Shown piece by piece: positions 51,689-61,041 of a stretch of DNA of 64,000 bases. Source of the stretch: a virus. The stretch covers positions 89,515-153,514 of the IMG/VR virus record IMGVR_UViG_3300046167_000554; one strand, written 5' to 3'. Position numbers and translations under genes: made by a program. The notes beneath the pieces were generated by a model. The model made no database searches. It saw only the letters and a list, made by a program, of their open reading frames with translations, and had not been told where the DNA came from. Every line of letters starts with the position of its first letter. Position 1 is the stretch's first letter.

Positions 51689-51806
51689 ACTAAGACAGTG
51701 GTTAAGAAAGTGGATTGATGCACAAGTAGAAAGGTCATTACAAAGACAAGCAAATAAAATGTTTTCAAAACACAGCGTAGAATATAGAGATGGAGATAAC
51801 ACATGA
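51681..51806 (+). CDS. 41-aa hypothetical peptide
   Basis: MGKLRQWLRKWIDAQVERS...; overlaps both neighbours. Confidence 0.5.
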   Translation: MGKLRQWLRKWIDAQVERSLQRQANKMFSKHSVEYRDGDNT

Positions 51807-52069
51807 CACAATATGACGAAACAGTAGATAGACAAAGGAGATTAATCCTTGCAGAGGAATGGGCAAGTGGTGTTAAATCACTTCATGCACATTCATTAAC
51901 GTCACTATGGTACGACACTAGGGGTAATGATGGTTCAGTAATGGACATAGAATACAACAATGGTGTCGTCCAAAGAGAGATTAAAGAAACAGGTGAAACT
52001 GTATTCTTTGGTGAACCTGTTACAGGTGACGACCTTCTACAACTCTTCGGACAACATACAGGAAAGTAA
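51803..52069 (+). CDS. Hypothetical protein
   Basis: SD GGAG. Confidence 0.6.
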   Translation: MTQYDETVDRQRRLILAEEWASGVKSLHAHSLTSLWYDTRGNDGSVMDIEYNNGVVQREIKETGETVFFGEPVTGDDLLQLFGQHTGK

Positions 52070-52463
52070 ATGTCCAAACGTAATCCTTTTGACTTTGTCA
52101 AGTCCGTATCCTATGATAAAAAAGATATCATGGTCGACTCTGTTGAAGAGAAAGCTTACGCCCCCCTTCCTAATAAACAAATCATTATCTTATCATCAAG
52201 ATTCTGTTTTCTTTACTAATGAAATGAATTGCAGACATGGGTCAGACCATCGTCTTCAATATGTGTTTTTCCTAAATACTCTTAGAAAAAGACAAAGATT
52301 TTCAAAGTGGTCTAAACCATATATTAGTAAAAAAATCGATGTCGTAAAGAGTTACTATCAGATATCAACAAGAGAGGCAAAAGAATATGTATCCCTTCTA
52401 TCTGATAAACAAATACGTGAATTGAAAAACAGAATGAATCTTGGTGGAAGAGAAGATGGATGA
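52070..52463 (+). CDS. gp62: Clamp loader small subunit gp62 (frameshift in C-run near 52160)
   Basis: MSKRNPFDFVKS...; 'PFLINKSLS', 'NEMN', 'RKRQRFSKW'. Confidence 0.85.
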
Positions 52464-52867
52464 ACATAACCCTATAGTAGACGAACTAGTCGAAATAACA
52501 TTTCCCGAAAAGGACGATTTCCTTAAGATTAGGGAAACACTTTCACGTATAGGTGTTGCATCAAGAAAAGAACAAGAACTATTTCAATCATGTCATATCC
52601 TTCATAAACGTGGTCATTACTACATTACTCACTTTAAAGAACTATTCAAACTAGATGGTAAGCCTAACTCAATAGATGAGTCTGATATAGGTAGAAGAAA
52701 CACCTATAGTTAAACTATTAGCACAATGGAAACTTCTTACTATAGTAGATGAAACTAAAGTATCTGACCCTACTGCACCCCTATCCCAAATCAAAATCAT
52801 TCCTTTCAAGGAAAAAAGTCAGTGGAAATTGACAACTAAATACAGTATTGGGTCTAATAATTCATAA
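52456..52867 (+). CDS. regA: Translational repressor RegA (frameshift near 52705)
   Basis: 'DDFLKIRETLSRIGVAS', 'QSCHILHKRG.YYI.HFKELF.LDG'. Confidence 0.92.
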
Positions 52868-52899
52868 ATACTACTGTTAATAACTAACAGGAGATACTT

Positions 52900-53094
52900 A
52901 TGTGGGACTTTATTAGTAGTATTTGGGCATTTATGTCTGCTATACCAGCAATCATTTCAATATGTTCAGTAATCGTTATGATGACAGACACACCTAAAGA
53001 CGATGCTCTTTGGGCTAAGTGTTATAAATACATAGAAGTCTTTGCACTAGCAATAGGAAAAGCAAAAGACAAAAATCCATTATTGGATAAATAA
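52900..53094 (+). CDS. Small membrane protein
   Basis: TM helix plus 'TDTPKDD' motif; CATAAATA upstream. Confidence 0.6.
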   Translation: MWDFISSIWAFMSAIPAIISICSVIVMMTDTPKDDALWAKCYKYIEVFALAIGKAKDKNPLLDK

Positions 53095-53107
53095 ATAGGA
53101 GTATATC

Positions 53108-53389
53108 ATGGAAGCATATGTAGTTATAGGTATAATCGTTGCAATCGTTGTTGTCAAGTTCGTTTTGGACGGCAACAAAAAACCAACAGTTAAATCTAAA
53201 CCAGTACCTTCTAAGCCAGTACAGAAGAAACCTACTACTGCACAACTTAAGAAATTGACGAAAAATCAATTACTTGATATTGCAGATAAAAATGACATCA
53301 AAGGTGTTACAAAAAGTGGTGCTAAAGCTGTAGTTGTCTCTCAAATAAGAGATAATTGGTCTGAGGGTGATGAGTTTGAAGAGGAGTAA
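53108..53389 (+). CDS. Membrane-anchored protein with Rho-N/HeH-like C-domain
   Basis: N-terminal TM, K/P linker, 'LKKLTKNQLLDIA...I.G....K..VV..I'. Confidence 0.55.
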   Translation: MEAYVVIGIIVAIVVVKFVLDGNKKPTVKSKPVPSKPVQKKPTTAQLKKLTKNQLLDIADKNDIKGVTKSGAKAVVVSQIRDNWSEGDEFEEE

Positions 53390-53406
53390 TCCACTCTAAC
53401 GTTCTT

Positions 53407-53432
53407 AAGGGGTCTTTATGACCCCTTTTTTT
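53407..53432 (+). terminator. Rho-independent terminator
   Basis: GGGGTC-TTTAT-GACCCC followed by T7. Confidence 0.85.
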
Positions 53433-53454
53433 CGTCTAAGAGAAGTCGAAAAAG

Positions 53455-53462
53455 TATAAATA
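53455..53462 (+). promoter_or_regulatory. Late promoter TATAAATA heading the curli island
   Basis: Exact consensus. Confidence 0.8.
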
Positions 53463-53467
53463 ATGGT

Positions 53468-53761
53468 ATGGATATATTTGTATTGATAGGTGAAGTGGGA
53501 GCTCCGATTGCTGGAAGTCTAGTGATGGGGTTCTTCATATTCACTGTTATCAAACAAATTCTAGAAGGTGTCGTTGACGACATAAAAACTTTAACCATGT
53601 TCTGTAAGTCACTGGAAAATCGTGCAAGAACCATGTCTAATGAGATGATAAAGATAGACATGTTAGTGTCAAGTGCCTTAGAATTGAGACCCGACATAGA
53701 GAGAGTTGCACGTGCAGAGAACTTTGTGGAAGATGGGAAAGTGGATACGAGGAGAGATTAG
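53468..53761 (+). CDS. TM plus coiled-coil protein
   Basis: 'EVGAPIAG.LVMGFFIF' helix; resembles the next gene. Confidence 0.65.
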   Translation: MDIFVLIGEVGAPIAGSLVMGFFIFTVIKQILEGVVDDIKTLTMFCKSLENRARTMSNEMIKIDMLVSSALELRPDIERVARAENFVEDGKVDTRRD

Positions 53762-53762
53762 T

Positions 53763-54053
53763 ATGGAGACGGAAGTAGTTGAAGTAGTAGCAAATACAGA
53801 CCCTACATTGGTGTCCTTACTTAATGATTATGGATTTCCTATTGTAATGATGGTCGGACTTGGATATTTTATATACTATATTTGGTGGTTTGTGGGTGAG
53901 AAATTAGAACCCGAAATTGAAAAACAACACTTTGCACTTATCAGAGTGATTGACCAAGTAAGAATGTTAGACCAAGACCTAATACGTTTACAACAAAAAG
54001 TGGATGTAGTTCTTGAATACAAAGAGAATGAAAAGAAGAGGAAAACGAAATGA
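53763..54053 (+). CDS. TM plus coiled-coil protein
   Basis: 'DYGFPIVM.VGLGYFIYYIW', 'LIRVIDQVRMLDQDLIRLQQK'. Confidence 0.65.
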   Translation: METEVVEVVANTDPTLVSLLNDYGFPIVMMVGLGYFIYYIWWFVGEKLEPEIEKQHFALIRVIDQVRMLDQDLIRLQQKVDVVLEYKENEKKRKTK

Positions 54054-54511
54054 TTAAACCAACAGTATTAATTATAGGTTTATGTTTTGCACTTAGTGTA
54101 AGTGCAGATGAAATTGTTCACAAATTTAAGAGTCCATCCTTTAGTGGAATAGGACAGAGTTCTCATTATCTTACGATTGAGAACCAAGAGAAATCAAGAC
54201 GTGATAAGATTGCTCAGGACATAGAAGATAGAATTGCAAAAGCAGAAAGAGATGCAAATAACACTACCCTTGCAAAATTTCTTAGAAATGTCGAAAGTAG
54301 AATTTACGCTCAGATAGCAAAACAGTTAGTAGAAAATATGTTCTCTAACGGAGAAGCAGCAGACTATGGTGTTTTCACTATAGAAGGTAATACAGTTACA
54401 TACGAAAAATTAGTTGGAGAAGATGGTGCAGAATTCATCAGATTAACTATTGTTTCAAGTGATGGCACAACAACAACTTTAGATATACCAGTAGGTACAG
54501 GAAGTTTCTAA
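54050..54511 (+). CDS. csgF: Curli assembly protein CsgF-like
   Basis: Signal peptide then 'EIVHKFKSPSFSG' (CsgF F.F.NP.FGG-like); C-terminal 'G..TTLDIP'; directly upstream of csgG. Confidence 0.8.
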   Translation: MIKPTVLIIGLCFALSVSADEIVHKFKSPSFSGIGQSSHYLTIENQEKSRRDKIAQDIEDRIAKAERDANNTTLAKFLRNVESRIYAQIAKQLVENMFSNGEAADYGVFTIEGNTVTYEKLVGEDGAEFIRLTIVSSDGTTTTLDIPVGTGSF

Positions 54512-54514
54512 AAA

Positions 54515-55366
54515 ATGAAAAATCTCGGATTGGTAGGATTGATTATCTTGCTCACCAGTGGGTGTGCAAGTATTCCTTCGTCTTATGATTCGTGTGATTC
54601 AACTGTAATGAGTAAGGTAGGTACTTGTATAGAAAAGGCAGAGGTCGTGAAGATACCGACCTATCAAGAACTTTCAGACTTACCACCTGCTAAAGTAATG
54701 CCAGTAGTTGCAGTTTATGGGTTCTTAGATAAGACAGGACAAAGGAAGAGAATGGATGGAGTTGCATCTTTCTCTACTGCAGTGACCCAAGGTGCAGAAG
54801 CATTTTTAATTGATGCACTTAAGACTGCTGGAAAAGGTAAATGGTTTAGAGTAGTAGAGAGAACAAATTTGGATGCACTTGTAAGAGAGAGACAGATTGT
54901 TCGTTCTGCTAGAGAAGACTTTGCAAATCAAGAAGGTAATGAGGATTCCCCAACGGGTATTCAACCTCTCTTGTTTGCTGGTATCCTACTTGATGGTGGG
55001 ATAATTGGTTATGACACTAACATTGAAAGTGGTGGTAGGGGTGCAAGAACACTTGGTGTTGGAGCATCAGTTTCCTATCGAAGAGATGTGGTGACTGTAA
55101 GTTTGAGAGGAATCTCAGTTCTTACAGGAGAAATATTACTTAATGTACAAACCACTAAGACTATTCTTAGTACTGGTGGGGGGTATGATGTGTTCAAATT
55201 TATGGACATGGATACCCAACTTGTGGAAGTAGAAGACGGAGTTGCAACAAACGAAGGAGTATCGAAAGCTACTCGTTCTGCAATTGAACTTGCAGTCTTA
55301 GAACTAATATACCAAGGACACGATAGAGGTTTTTGGAAAATAGAGGAAAAACAAAATGAGGAATAA
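54515..55366 (+). CDS. csgG: Curli secretion channel CsgG (lipoprotein)
   Basis: Lipobox LTSGC; 'VAVY.F.DKTGQRK', 'FSTAVTQG', 'WFRVVER..LD.L..ERQI.R'. Confidence 0.92.
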   Translation: MKNLGLVGLIILLTSGCASIPSSYDSCDSTVMSKVGTCIEKAEVVKIPTYQELSDLPPAKVMPVVAVYGFLDKTGQRKRMDGVASFSTAVTQGAEAFLIDALKTAGKGKWFRVVERTNLDALVRERQIVRSAREDFANQEGNEDSPTGIQPLLFAGILLDGGIIGYDTNIESGGRGARTLGVGASVSYRRDVVTVSLRGISVLTGEILLNVQTTKTILSTGGGYDVFKFMDMDTQLVEVEDGVATNEGVSKATRSAIELAVLELIYQGHDRGFWKIEEKQNEE

Positions 55367-56084
55367 ATTATTCATTACATTATGTTTATCATTAGGGTTA
55401 ACTGGATTCGTATCTGCTGGAGCAGACGATAACGAAATTTGGTTACAACAGTCGGGTGACAATTTAGTCTTAAATTTCACTCAAAGGGGTTATGGAAACA
55501 AAGTCGGATTAGATGACTTTTCAGGAACATCAGCTGATATGATTATCACTGGTGCATCTAACACCTTTACATTAGTGCAAGACGGAGATAACAACAAATT
55601 ATATGGGCCTTTTCTTGCAGATAGTTCAACAGTAAATTTAACGTTTACTGGTGATTCTAACTCCATGGATTGGAACGTAGGATATGTTGGTAGTGCAGAT
55701 AACTTAAACATGTTAGGTGTTATTACAGGTGACTCAAACACATTTGACATTGATGTCGGATATGATGCATCTGCAGAATATCTTAACTGGGATTTAGTAC
55801 TTACTGGTGACTCAAACGTATTCACTACTAAGATAGATAGTGACAATGCAGTTTGGAACTGGACTATTACAGGTTCATCAAATGATATTAATACTAACCA
55901 ATCAGATGCAACCGATAACAGTATCACTGCAGTCTTAACTGGTTCTACAAATGATATAGACATCATTCAGAAAAGTGGAACTACAGGTTGTCCAACTGGT
56001 CAGTCATGTAGTGGTATTATTGATGTATCTTTCGTGACTTCTAATGCAAATATTGATATCGTTCAGAAAGATTCTGGCGAGTAG
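55356..56084 (+). CDS. Curlin-like secreted beta-solenoid protein
   Basis: Signal peptide; ~23-aa repeats with Q/T-G-D-S-N turns. Confidence 0.7.
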   Translation: MRNKLFITLCLSLGLTGFVSAGADDNEIWLQQSGDNLVLNFTQRGYGNKVGLDDFSGTSADMIITGASNTFTLVQDGDNNKLYGPFLADSSTVNLTFTGDSNSMDWNVGYVGSADNLNMLGVITGDSNTFDIDVGYDASAEYLNWDLVLTGDSNVFTTKIDSDNAVWNWTITGSSNDINTNQSDATDNSITAVLTGSTNDIDIIQKSGTTGCPTGQSCSGIIDVSFVTSNANIDIVQKDSGE

Positions 56085-57180
56085 TCTTTTACTTATTGGT
56101 TCAGTTTCAGCTGAACCGATAGGTGAGATTATAGAATATAAGGGTTCAGCAGGACTTCAGAGAGACGGAGAGTCTACTCTTGTCAGTGCAAATACTGAAC
56201 CTGAAGTCTTGATGTATGATACAGCAAAGACCCAAAATGGTAGAATGAAAATTCAGTTCAAGGGTGACCAAGAACTAGACTTAACAGAACATACCAAGGT
56301 TTGGATAGACGAGGTTTACTATGACCCCGACCCATCCAAGTCAAAGATGGCCATAAGAATGGCACAAGGCACTGCTCGGTTTGCTTCGGGTTTCGGTGGA
56401 AAAATAAAGAAAAGTAACATAAATATATCTACACCTACTGCACAAATTGCTGTGGTTGGAACCGACTTCACTACAAGTATTGATGAACTCGGAAGGTCAC
56501 TTGTTATACTTTTGCCTGATAAATTTGGTAATCCTTCAGGTAAAATTATAGTCAGTAACGCAGGTGGAAGTGTAACACTAGAAGAGGCCTATCAAGCAAC
56601 GATGGTTTCAACTTTTGATGATTCACCCACTAAACCAGTGACAGTGAATGGTATTGATGGGAGTATGATTGACAATATGTTTATTGTGAATCCACCCGAA
56701 GAGGTTACAGAACAAGTTGCAGAAGAATCGTCTAACAACGAAAATGATAGTAACAACATTCTAGACGTGGACTTCCTAGAGTTCAATGATTTAGAAGAAG
56801 ACTATTTTGAAGATGATGAATTGGAATATACAGAACTCGACAGAGACTTATTAGATGTCGATTTCTTACAAGATTTACTGGATGTAGTTTTAGAGATTGA
56901 CCGAAAGGTTGGTATTGATGCACAAAGAAGGTCAGACCCCTTTGGAGTTGCAAGAATAGAAGGAACTGCATTTGGGTTGGACAAGGACTCTCAATACAAT
57001 ACAATTGTAGATAAGGGTCTTGGTCAAATTTGGTTCTATAGGGAAGTACAGGGAATTATCTCTATTAAAATCCCAATCTATGCACAAGCAACGATTAGAA
57101 CCACTACAGACGAAAAAGGTTCACTAATTAAAGTGGGTGATGGTTCGTCTATAAATATTACCATCACACAAACAAACTAG
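56044..57180 (+). CDS. FecR-domain protein
   Basis: 'T.NGRM.I.F......L.EHT.V.ID', 'G..RF.SG', 'TPTAQIAVVGTDF'; exact start uncertain. Confidence 0.8.
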   Translation: MQILISFRKILASSLLLIGSVSAEPIGEIIEYKGSAGLQRDGESTLVSANTEPEVLMYDTAKTQNGRMKIQFKGDQELDLTEHTKVWIDEVYYDPDPSKSKMAIRMAQGTARFASGFGGKIKKSNINISTPTAQIAVVGTDFTTSIDELGRSLVILLPDKFGNPSGKIIVSNAGGSVTLEEAYQATMVSTFDDSPTKPVTVNGIDGSMIDNMFIVNPPEEVTEQVAEESSNNENDSNNILDVDFLEFNDLEEDYFEDDELEYTELDRDLLDVDFLQDLLDVVLEIDRKVGIDAQRRSDPFGVARIEGTAFGLDKDSQYNTIVDKGLGQIWFYREVQGIISIKIPIYAQATIRTTTDEKGSLIKVGDGSSINITITQTN

Positions 57181-57189
57181 GAGAATTAT

Positions 57190-57339
57190 ATGAATAGTAT
57201 GTTAGAAAAACTTCGTAATTGGCATGAATTTCAGTTAACTGGATTTCAAGATGCAATGAGACTTGACGATTACCATATGTTATGGTTATCATTTAGTAAA
57301 GGAGTAATATTCACATTATTATTTTTATGGATTATCTAA
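57190..57339 (+). CDS. 49-aa membrane peptide
   Basis: SD GGAG; C-terminal TM helix. Confidence 0.55.
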   Translation: MNSMLEKLRNWHEFQLTGFQDAMRLDDYHMLWLSFSKGVIFTLLFLWII

Positions 57340-57974
57340 TGAAAAGAATTATATTATTAATTTTATTGACACCTCTAACATGGGCTGGGGATAACCACGT
57401 CCATGTTGAGCAGGTAGGAAGTGGAGACGTTGACCTTACCATAACACAAGCAGGTTATGACAATGAAATTAAGTTCTCATTTGCACATAGTGGAAACACA
57501 TTCAATCTATTACAAACAGGAAATGGAAACTCTATTTCTTGGGTCTCTTACTGGGGGCCAGGAAAGTCTTGGGGTGGTGACGTAGACGGAATCAACAATA
57601 CTGAAAACGTAGAACAGAGTGGTGGTGCAACATATGGTAGACACATATGGGGAGACAGTAATACAGTAGACATATATCAAAACGGAAGTCACACACATAA
57701 CATAGACATTCACTCAAACTCAGTAGACCATGAACTACACCAGTCGGGTAGTGGTTCACATTATGCACACACTTACTTTTATGGAAGTGCAACAGGTTCA
57801 GATACCAGTATCATGCAGAAGGGTTCGGGAAATCACAATGCACAAATTCAACTTCAAGGAAACTATCCTACAACACTGAATCTTTTACAAGAAGGTTCAA
57901 CAAACAAATCATATACACTCACCCAAAATTGTGTTACAGCAGGTGGTTGTTCAGTATCGGTCACTCAACAATAA
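57339..57974 (+). CDS. His-rich curlin-like secreted protein
   Basis: Signal peptide; repeated 'Q.G.GN/H' curlin turns. Confidence 0.72.
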   Translation: MKRIILLILLTPLTWAGDNHVHVEQVGSGDVDLTITQAGYDNEIKFSFAHSGNTFNLLQTGNGNSISWVSYWGPGKSWGGDVDGINNTENVEQSGGATYGRHIWGDSNTVDIYQNGSHTHNIDIHSNSVDHELHQSGSGSHYAHTYFYGSATGSDTSIMQKGSGNHNAQIQLQGNYPTTLNLLQEGSTNKSYTLTQNCVTAGGCSVSVTQQ

Positions 57975-57975
57975 T

Positions 57976-58374
57976 ATGGCATATTCACAAAAAGTAATCG
58001 ACAGATTTGAAGGTGTTCTCAATGCACCCGAACAATTCTCTGTTGGTAGATTCGACCCCAATGACCCTAATGTTGCAACAGGAATGACTGGAGCTCCTGC
58101 TTGTGGAGATGTGATGAAACTGCAACTCAAACTTGACGAGAACGAAATGATAGTAGACGTGAAGTTTAAGACTTATGGTTGTGGAAGTGCAATTGCAAGT
58201 AGTTCATTATTTGTTGACTTACTCAAAGGTAAAACTATAGAAGAAGCAAAACTTATTAAAGATAAAGAGATTGCAGAAATTCTAGAATTACCACCCATAA
58301 AATTACACTGTAGTGTTCTTGCAGAAGACTCAATCAGAAAGGCAATAGAGGATTGGGAAACAAAGAGTGTATAG
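57976..58374 (+). CDS. iscU: Fe-S cluster scaffold IscU
   Basis: GAPACGDVM, FKTYGCGSAIAS, LPPIKLHCS. Confidence 0.95.
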   Translation: MAYSQKVIDRFEGVLNAPEQFSVGRFDPNDPNVATGMTGAPACGDVMKLQLKLDENEMIVDVKFKTYGCGSAIASSSLFVDLLKGKTIEEAKLIKDKEIAEILELPPIKLHCSVLAEDSIRKAIEDWETKSV

Positions 58375-60205
58375 TTGGAAAACAGTCCTCATCACAATCG
58401 GTGTATTTGTAGGACTTAAAATTTGGTCTCCTTATCTCGTAGAGAATATCACTTGGTCTTACTTTGATGTTCTTCATCAGAGTCAGGAAAAAGTTCAGGT
58501 AGATGACATAGTCTTAGTAGACATAGACGAGAAGTCACTTGAAGTGTTCGGTCAATATCCTATCAAACGTAGTATCTATAGGGATATCCTACTTGACACT
58601 CATTACACTAATACACATGTTTTCACTCAACTCTTTAACCAACCTGATAGAAATCAGGGAGAGGATGAAATCTTTGCAGAAGGATTAGTCAATAGATTGA
58701 CAATTCTATCAGCTGCACCTACCATTCAAAAGAACACTGGTTCTGCACCCTTCGTAGGTAACTCTACTTTCGGTAGTGGAAAGGCAACAGACCACCTATG
58801 GAATTTTACAGGAATATCAAGTCCTATCAGGATACTTCAGGATAATACTTACGGAGTTGGGGTTACTGTTGCAACACCTAGTGTAACTGGGACTGCAAAC
58901 TTTGATGGAACGATAAGGTCTATCCCGTTAATCGTAACTGCAAACGAACAGGTATATCCGTCTCTTGCACTGGAAACACTTCGTGCATTAAAAGACCAAC
59001 CATCCTATCAAACTAAAATTACAGAAGTCGGAGTAGAGTGGGTAAGAATGGGTAGAGACAAACCTATTACCACCACTCCAACAAGTGATGTTATGGTAAC
59101 CTATTGGAATGAGTTCCAACGGGTTTCTGCAGTAGACTTACCTAATCTAAATCTTACTAATAAGATTCTTGTATGGGGTCTGACGGCAGAGGGTTTAAAT
59201 AATCCAGTTTCAACCCCAGTGGGAATATTGTATCCTCACGAAGTTCAAGCAAACCATATCCAAACCGCCTTGTCAGGAGTTCAAATACAACAATCCTACT
59301 ATCTTGAATTGCTCGAGATTGTTCTTCTGATGACAGTTCTTGTATTGATATTGGTGATGGTTTACAGGCTTCCCACAATTCTTTCGGGGATAATGAGTCT
59401 AACACTTGTAGGACTTCAAATCTTCGGGAGTTATTATATTTGGACTTCAAGTCTCGTTCTTTTCGATACCTTCTTTTCATCAATTGCCTCCTTGATTGTG
59501 TTTGGTCATGCCTCTTTCAATCAATACTATACAACCTACCAACTCAAAGAAGAAATTAAGAAGCAGTTCCAAAAGTATTTATCTCCTGACATGGTTGACC
59601 AACTCGCAGAGAATCCCGATTTACTTAAATTAGGTGGAGATAGAAAGGAACTTACTTTCATGTTTATGGACATATGTGGATTCACCCCCATAAGCGAACA
59701 CTACATGAAACAAGACGACCCCGAGGGATTAGTAGAATTGATTAACAAATTCCTTGACATGCAAACAAAGATAATCCTAAATAATAATGGAACAATTGAT
59801 AAGTATATGGGCGATTGTATTATGAGTTTTTGGAATGCACCTTTAGATTGTCCCGACCATGCCGAGATGGCAGTCAAGTCTGCAGAAGAAATACTAATTG
59901 CTACCAAGGAACTCAATGAAGAACTCAAACCACTCGGCCTTCCCCCTATCAATGTTGGTATTGGTATTAACACTGGTGAGTGCATCGTTGGAAACATGGG
60001 GTCAGAACTTAGATTTGACTATTCCGTCATTGGAGATGCCGTCAACCTTGGAGCTAGACTCGAAGGACAAACAAGAAATTATGATGGGGTGGACGTGTTG
60101 TTGGGACAAGAAACATATCGACAATGTCCGTCTAGAGCATTCACTGAAGTCGACAGGATTACAGTTAAAGGAAAATCCGAACCAGTTACAGTTTACACTA
60201 TCTGA
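58367..60205 (+). CDS. CHASE2-domain class III adenylate/guanylate cyclase
   Basis: 'IVLVDIDEKSL..FGQYP..R', three TM helices, 'F.DI.GFT', 'DKYMGD', 'GDAVNLGARLE'. Confidence 0.92.
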   Translation: MYSWKTVLITIGVFVGLKIWSPYLVENITWSYFDVLHQSQEKVQVDDIVLVDIDEKSLEVFGQYPIKRSIYRDILLDTHYTNTHVFTQLFNQPDRNQGEDEIFAEGLVNRLTILSAAPTIQKNTGSAPFVGNSTFGSGKATDHLWNFTGISSPIRILQDNTYGVGVTVATPSVTGTANFDGTIRSIPLIVTANEQVYPSLALETLRALKDQPSYQTKITEVGVEWVRMGRDKPITTTPTSDVMVTYWNEFQRVSAVDLPNLNLTNKILVWGLTAEGLNNPVSTPVGILYPHEVQANHIQTALSGVQIQQSYYLELLEIVLLMTVLVLILVMVYRLPTILSGIMSLTLVGLQIFGSYYIWTSSLVLFDTFFSSIASLIVFGHASFNQYYTTYQLKEEIKKQFQKYLSPDMVDQLAENPDLLKLGGDRKELTFMFMDICGFTPISEHYMKQDDPEGLVELINKFLDMQTKIILNNNGTIDKYMGDCIMSFWNAPLDCPDHAEMAVKSAEEILIATKELNEELKPLGLPPINVGIGINTGECIVGNMGSELRFDYSVIGDAVNLGARLEGQTRNYDGVDVLLGQETYRQCPSRAFTEVDRITVKGKSEPVTVYTI

Positions 60206-60509
60206 ACCACCTAGTACGTTTGACTGGACTGCATTCTATACTCTTCAACTACTAGATATCTATTCTACATATCGTGGACTTAAATATGATTGTGTCGTAG
60301 AAATGAATCCAATCGTAGGAGAGTCTCCTTCAGTTGCTAGAATGTTTGCAGTTAAGACTGCAATTCTAATACCTGCTATTGAGGTGGATAGAAGAAACAA
60401 CGAAATAACTGAAGATACATTCCACGAAATGAACTTTCTTATGTCCATAGTAGTTGCAAATAACTTTGACCAAGTAAAACAGGCAAAAAAATATTGCAAT
60501 AAAAGATAA
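59916..60509 (+). CDS. Membrane protein overlapping the cyclase 3' end (start uncertain: 59916 or 60081)
   Basis: 'QLLDIYSTYRGL....EMNPI' hydrophobic domain has no ATG outside the cyclase gene that precedes it. Confidence 0.5.
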   Translation: MKNSNHSAFPLSMLVLVLTLVSASLETWGQNLDLTIPSLEMPSTLELDSKDKQEIMMGWTCCWDKKHIDNVRLEHSLKSTGLQLKENPNQLQFTLSEPPSTFDWTAFYTLQLLDIYSTYRGLKYDCVVEMNPIVGESPSVARMFAVKTAILIPAIEVDRRNNEITEDTFHEMNFLMSIVVANNFDQVKQAKKYCNKR

Positions 60510-60557
60510 AAACCCCTTGAAATTTTAGAAAAAGTCCTTATAATAGTAGTATGGTGT

Positions 60558-60565
60558 TATAAATA
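60558..60565 (+). promoter_or_regulatory. Late promoter TATAAATA upstream of hsp20
   Basis: Exact consensus. Confidence 0.7.
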
Positions 60566-60624
60566 CCATTGTGATGCCCATTAGGGGTCACATAACAATA
60601 ACTTGCTTAATAAAGGAGAAAACT

Positions 60625-61041
60625 ATGACTATCTATGACGATGTCTTCGGGAAATCATTCCCATTCGCAATCGGGTTCGACAGAACTCTACAACTATTAG
60701 AACGTGCTGATACACATTCTAATGTAAACTATCCACCTTACAATATTGTAAAACACGATGCAGAGAACTTCTCTATCGAACTTGCAGTAGCTGGATTTGA
60801 TAAGAAAGATATTTCAATCTCAAAAGAGAAAGAAGTTCTTGCAATTGAAGGTAAACAAAAGGATGGAGAGGAACTTGAGTATGTCCATAAAGGACTTGCA
60901 TCACGTTCATTCAAAAGAACATTCACACTTGCAGACGATATAATCGTTAAAGGTGCAGATATGAAGAATGGTATTTTGAGTGTCAGTTTAGAGAGAATTG
61001 TGCCTGAGGAAGACAAACCTCAAGAAATCAAAATTTCTTAA
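60625..61041 (+). CDS. hsp20: Small heat-shock protein (Hsp20/IbpA family)
   Basis: 'NYPPYNI', 'IELAVAGF', 'HKGLA.RSF.R.F.L', 'NGIL'. Confidence 0.95.
   Translation: MTIYDDVFGKSFPFAIGFDRTLQLLERADTHSNVNYPPYNIVKHDAENFSIELAVAGFDKKDISISKEKEVLAIEGKQKDGEELEYVHKGLASRSFKRTFTLADDIIVKGADMKNGILSVSLERIVPEEDKPQEIKIS

Noticed and set aside
10059-52867. Frameshifts in about a dozen genes (fibres, gp14, vWA, AAA, gp62, regA, oxygenase) as pseudogenes or programmed frameshifts
   Set aside because: They hit essential genes, are mostly single-base indels without a common slippery motif, and cluster in patches. Long-read or assembly error is the simpler explanation.
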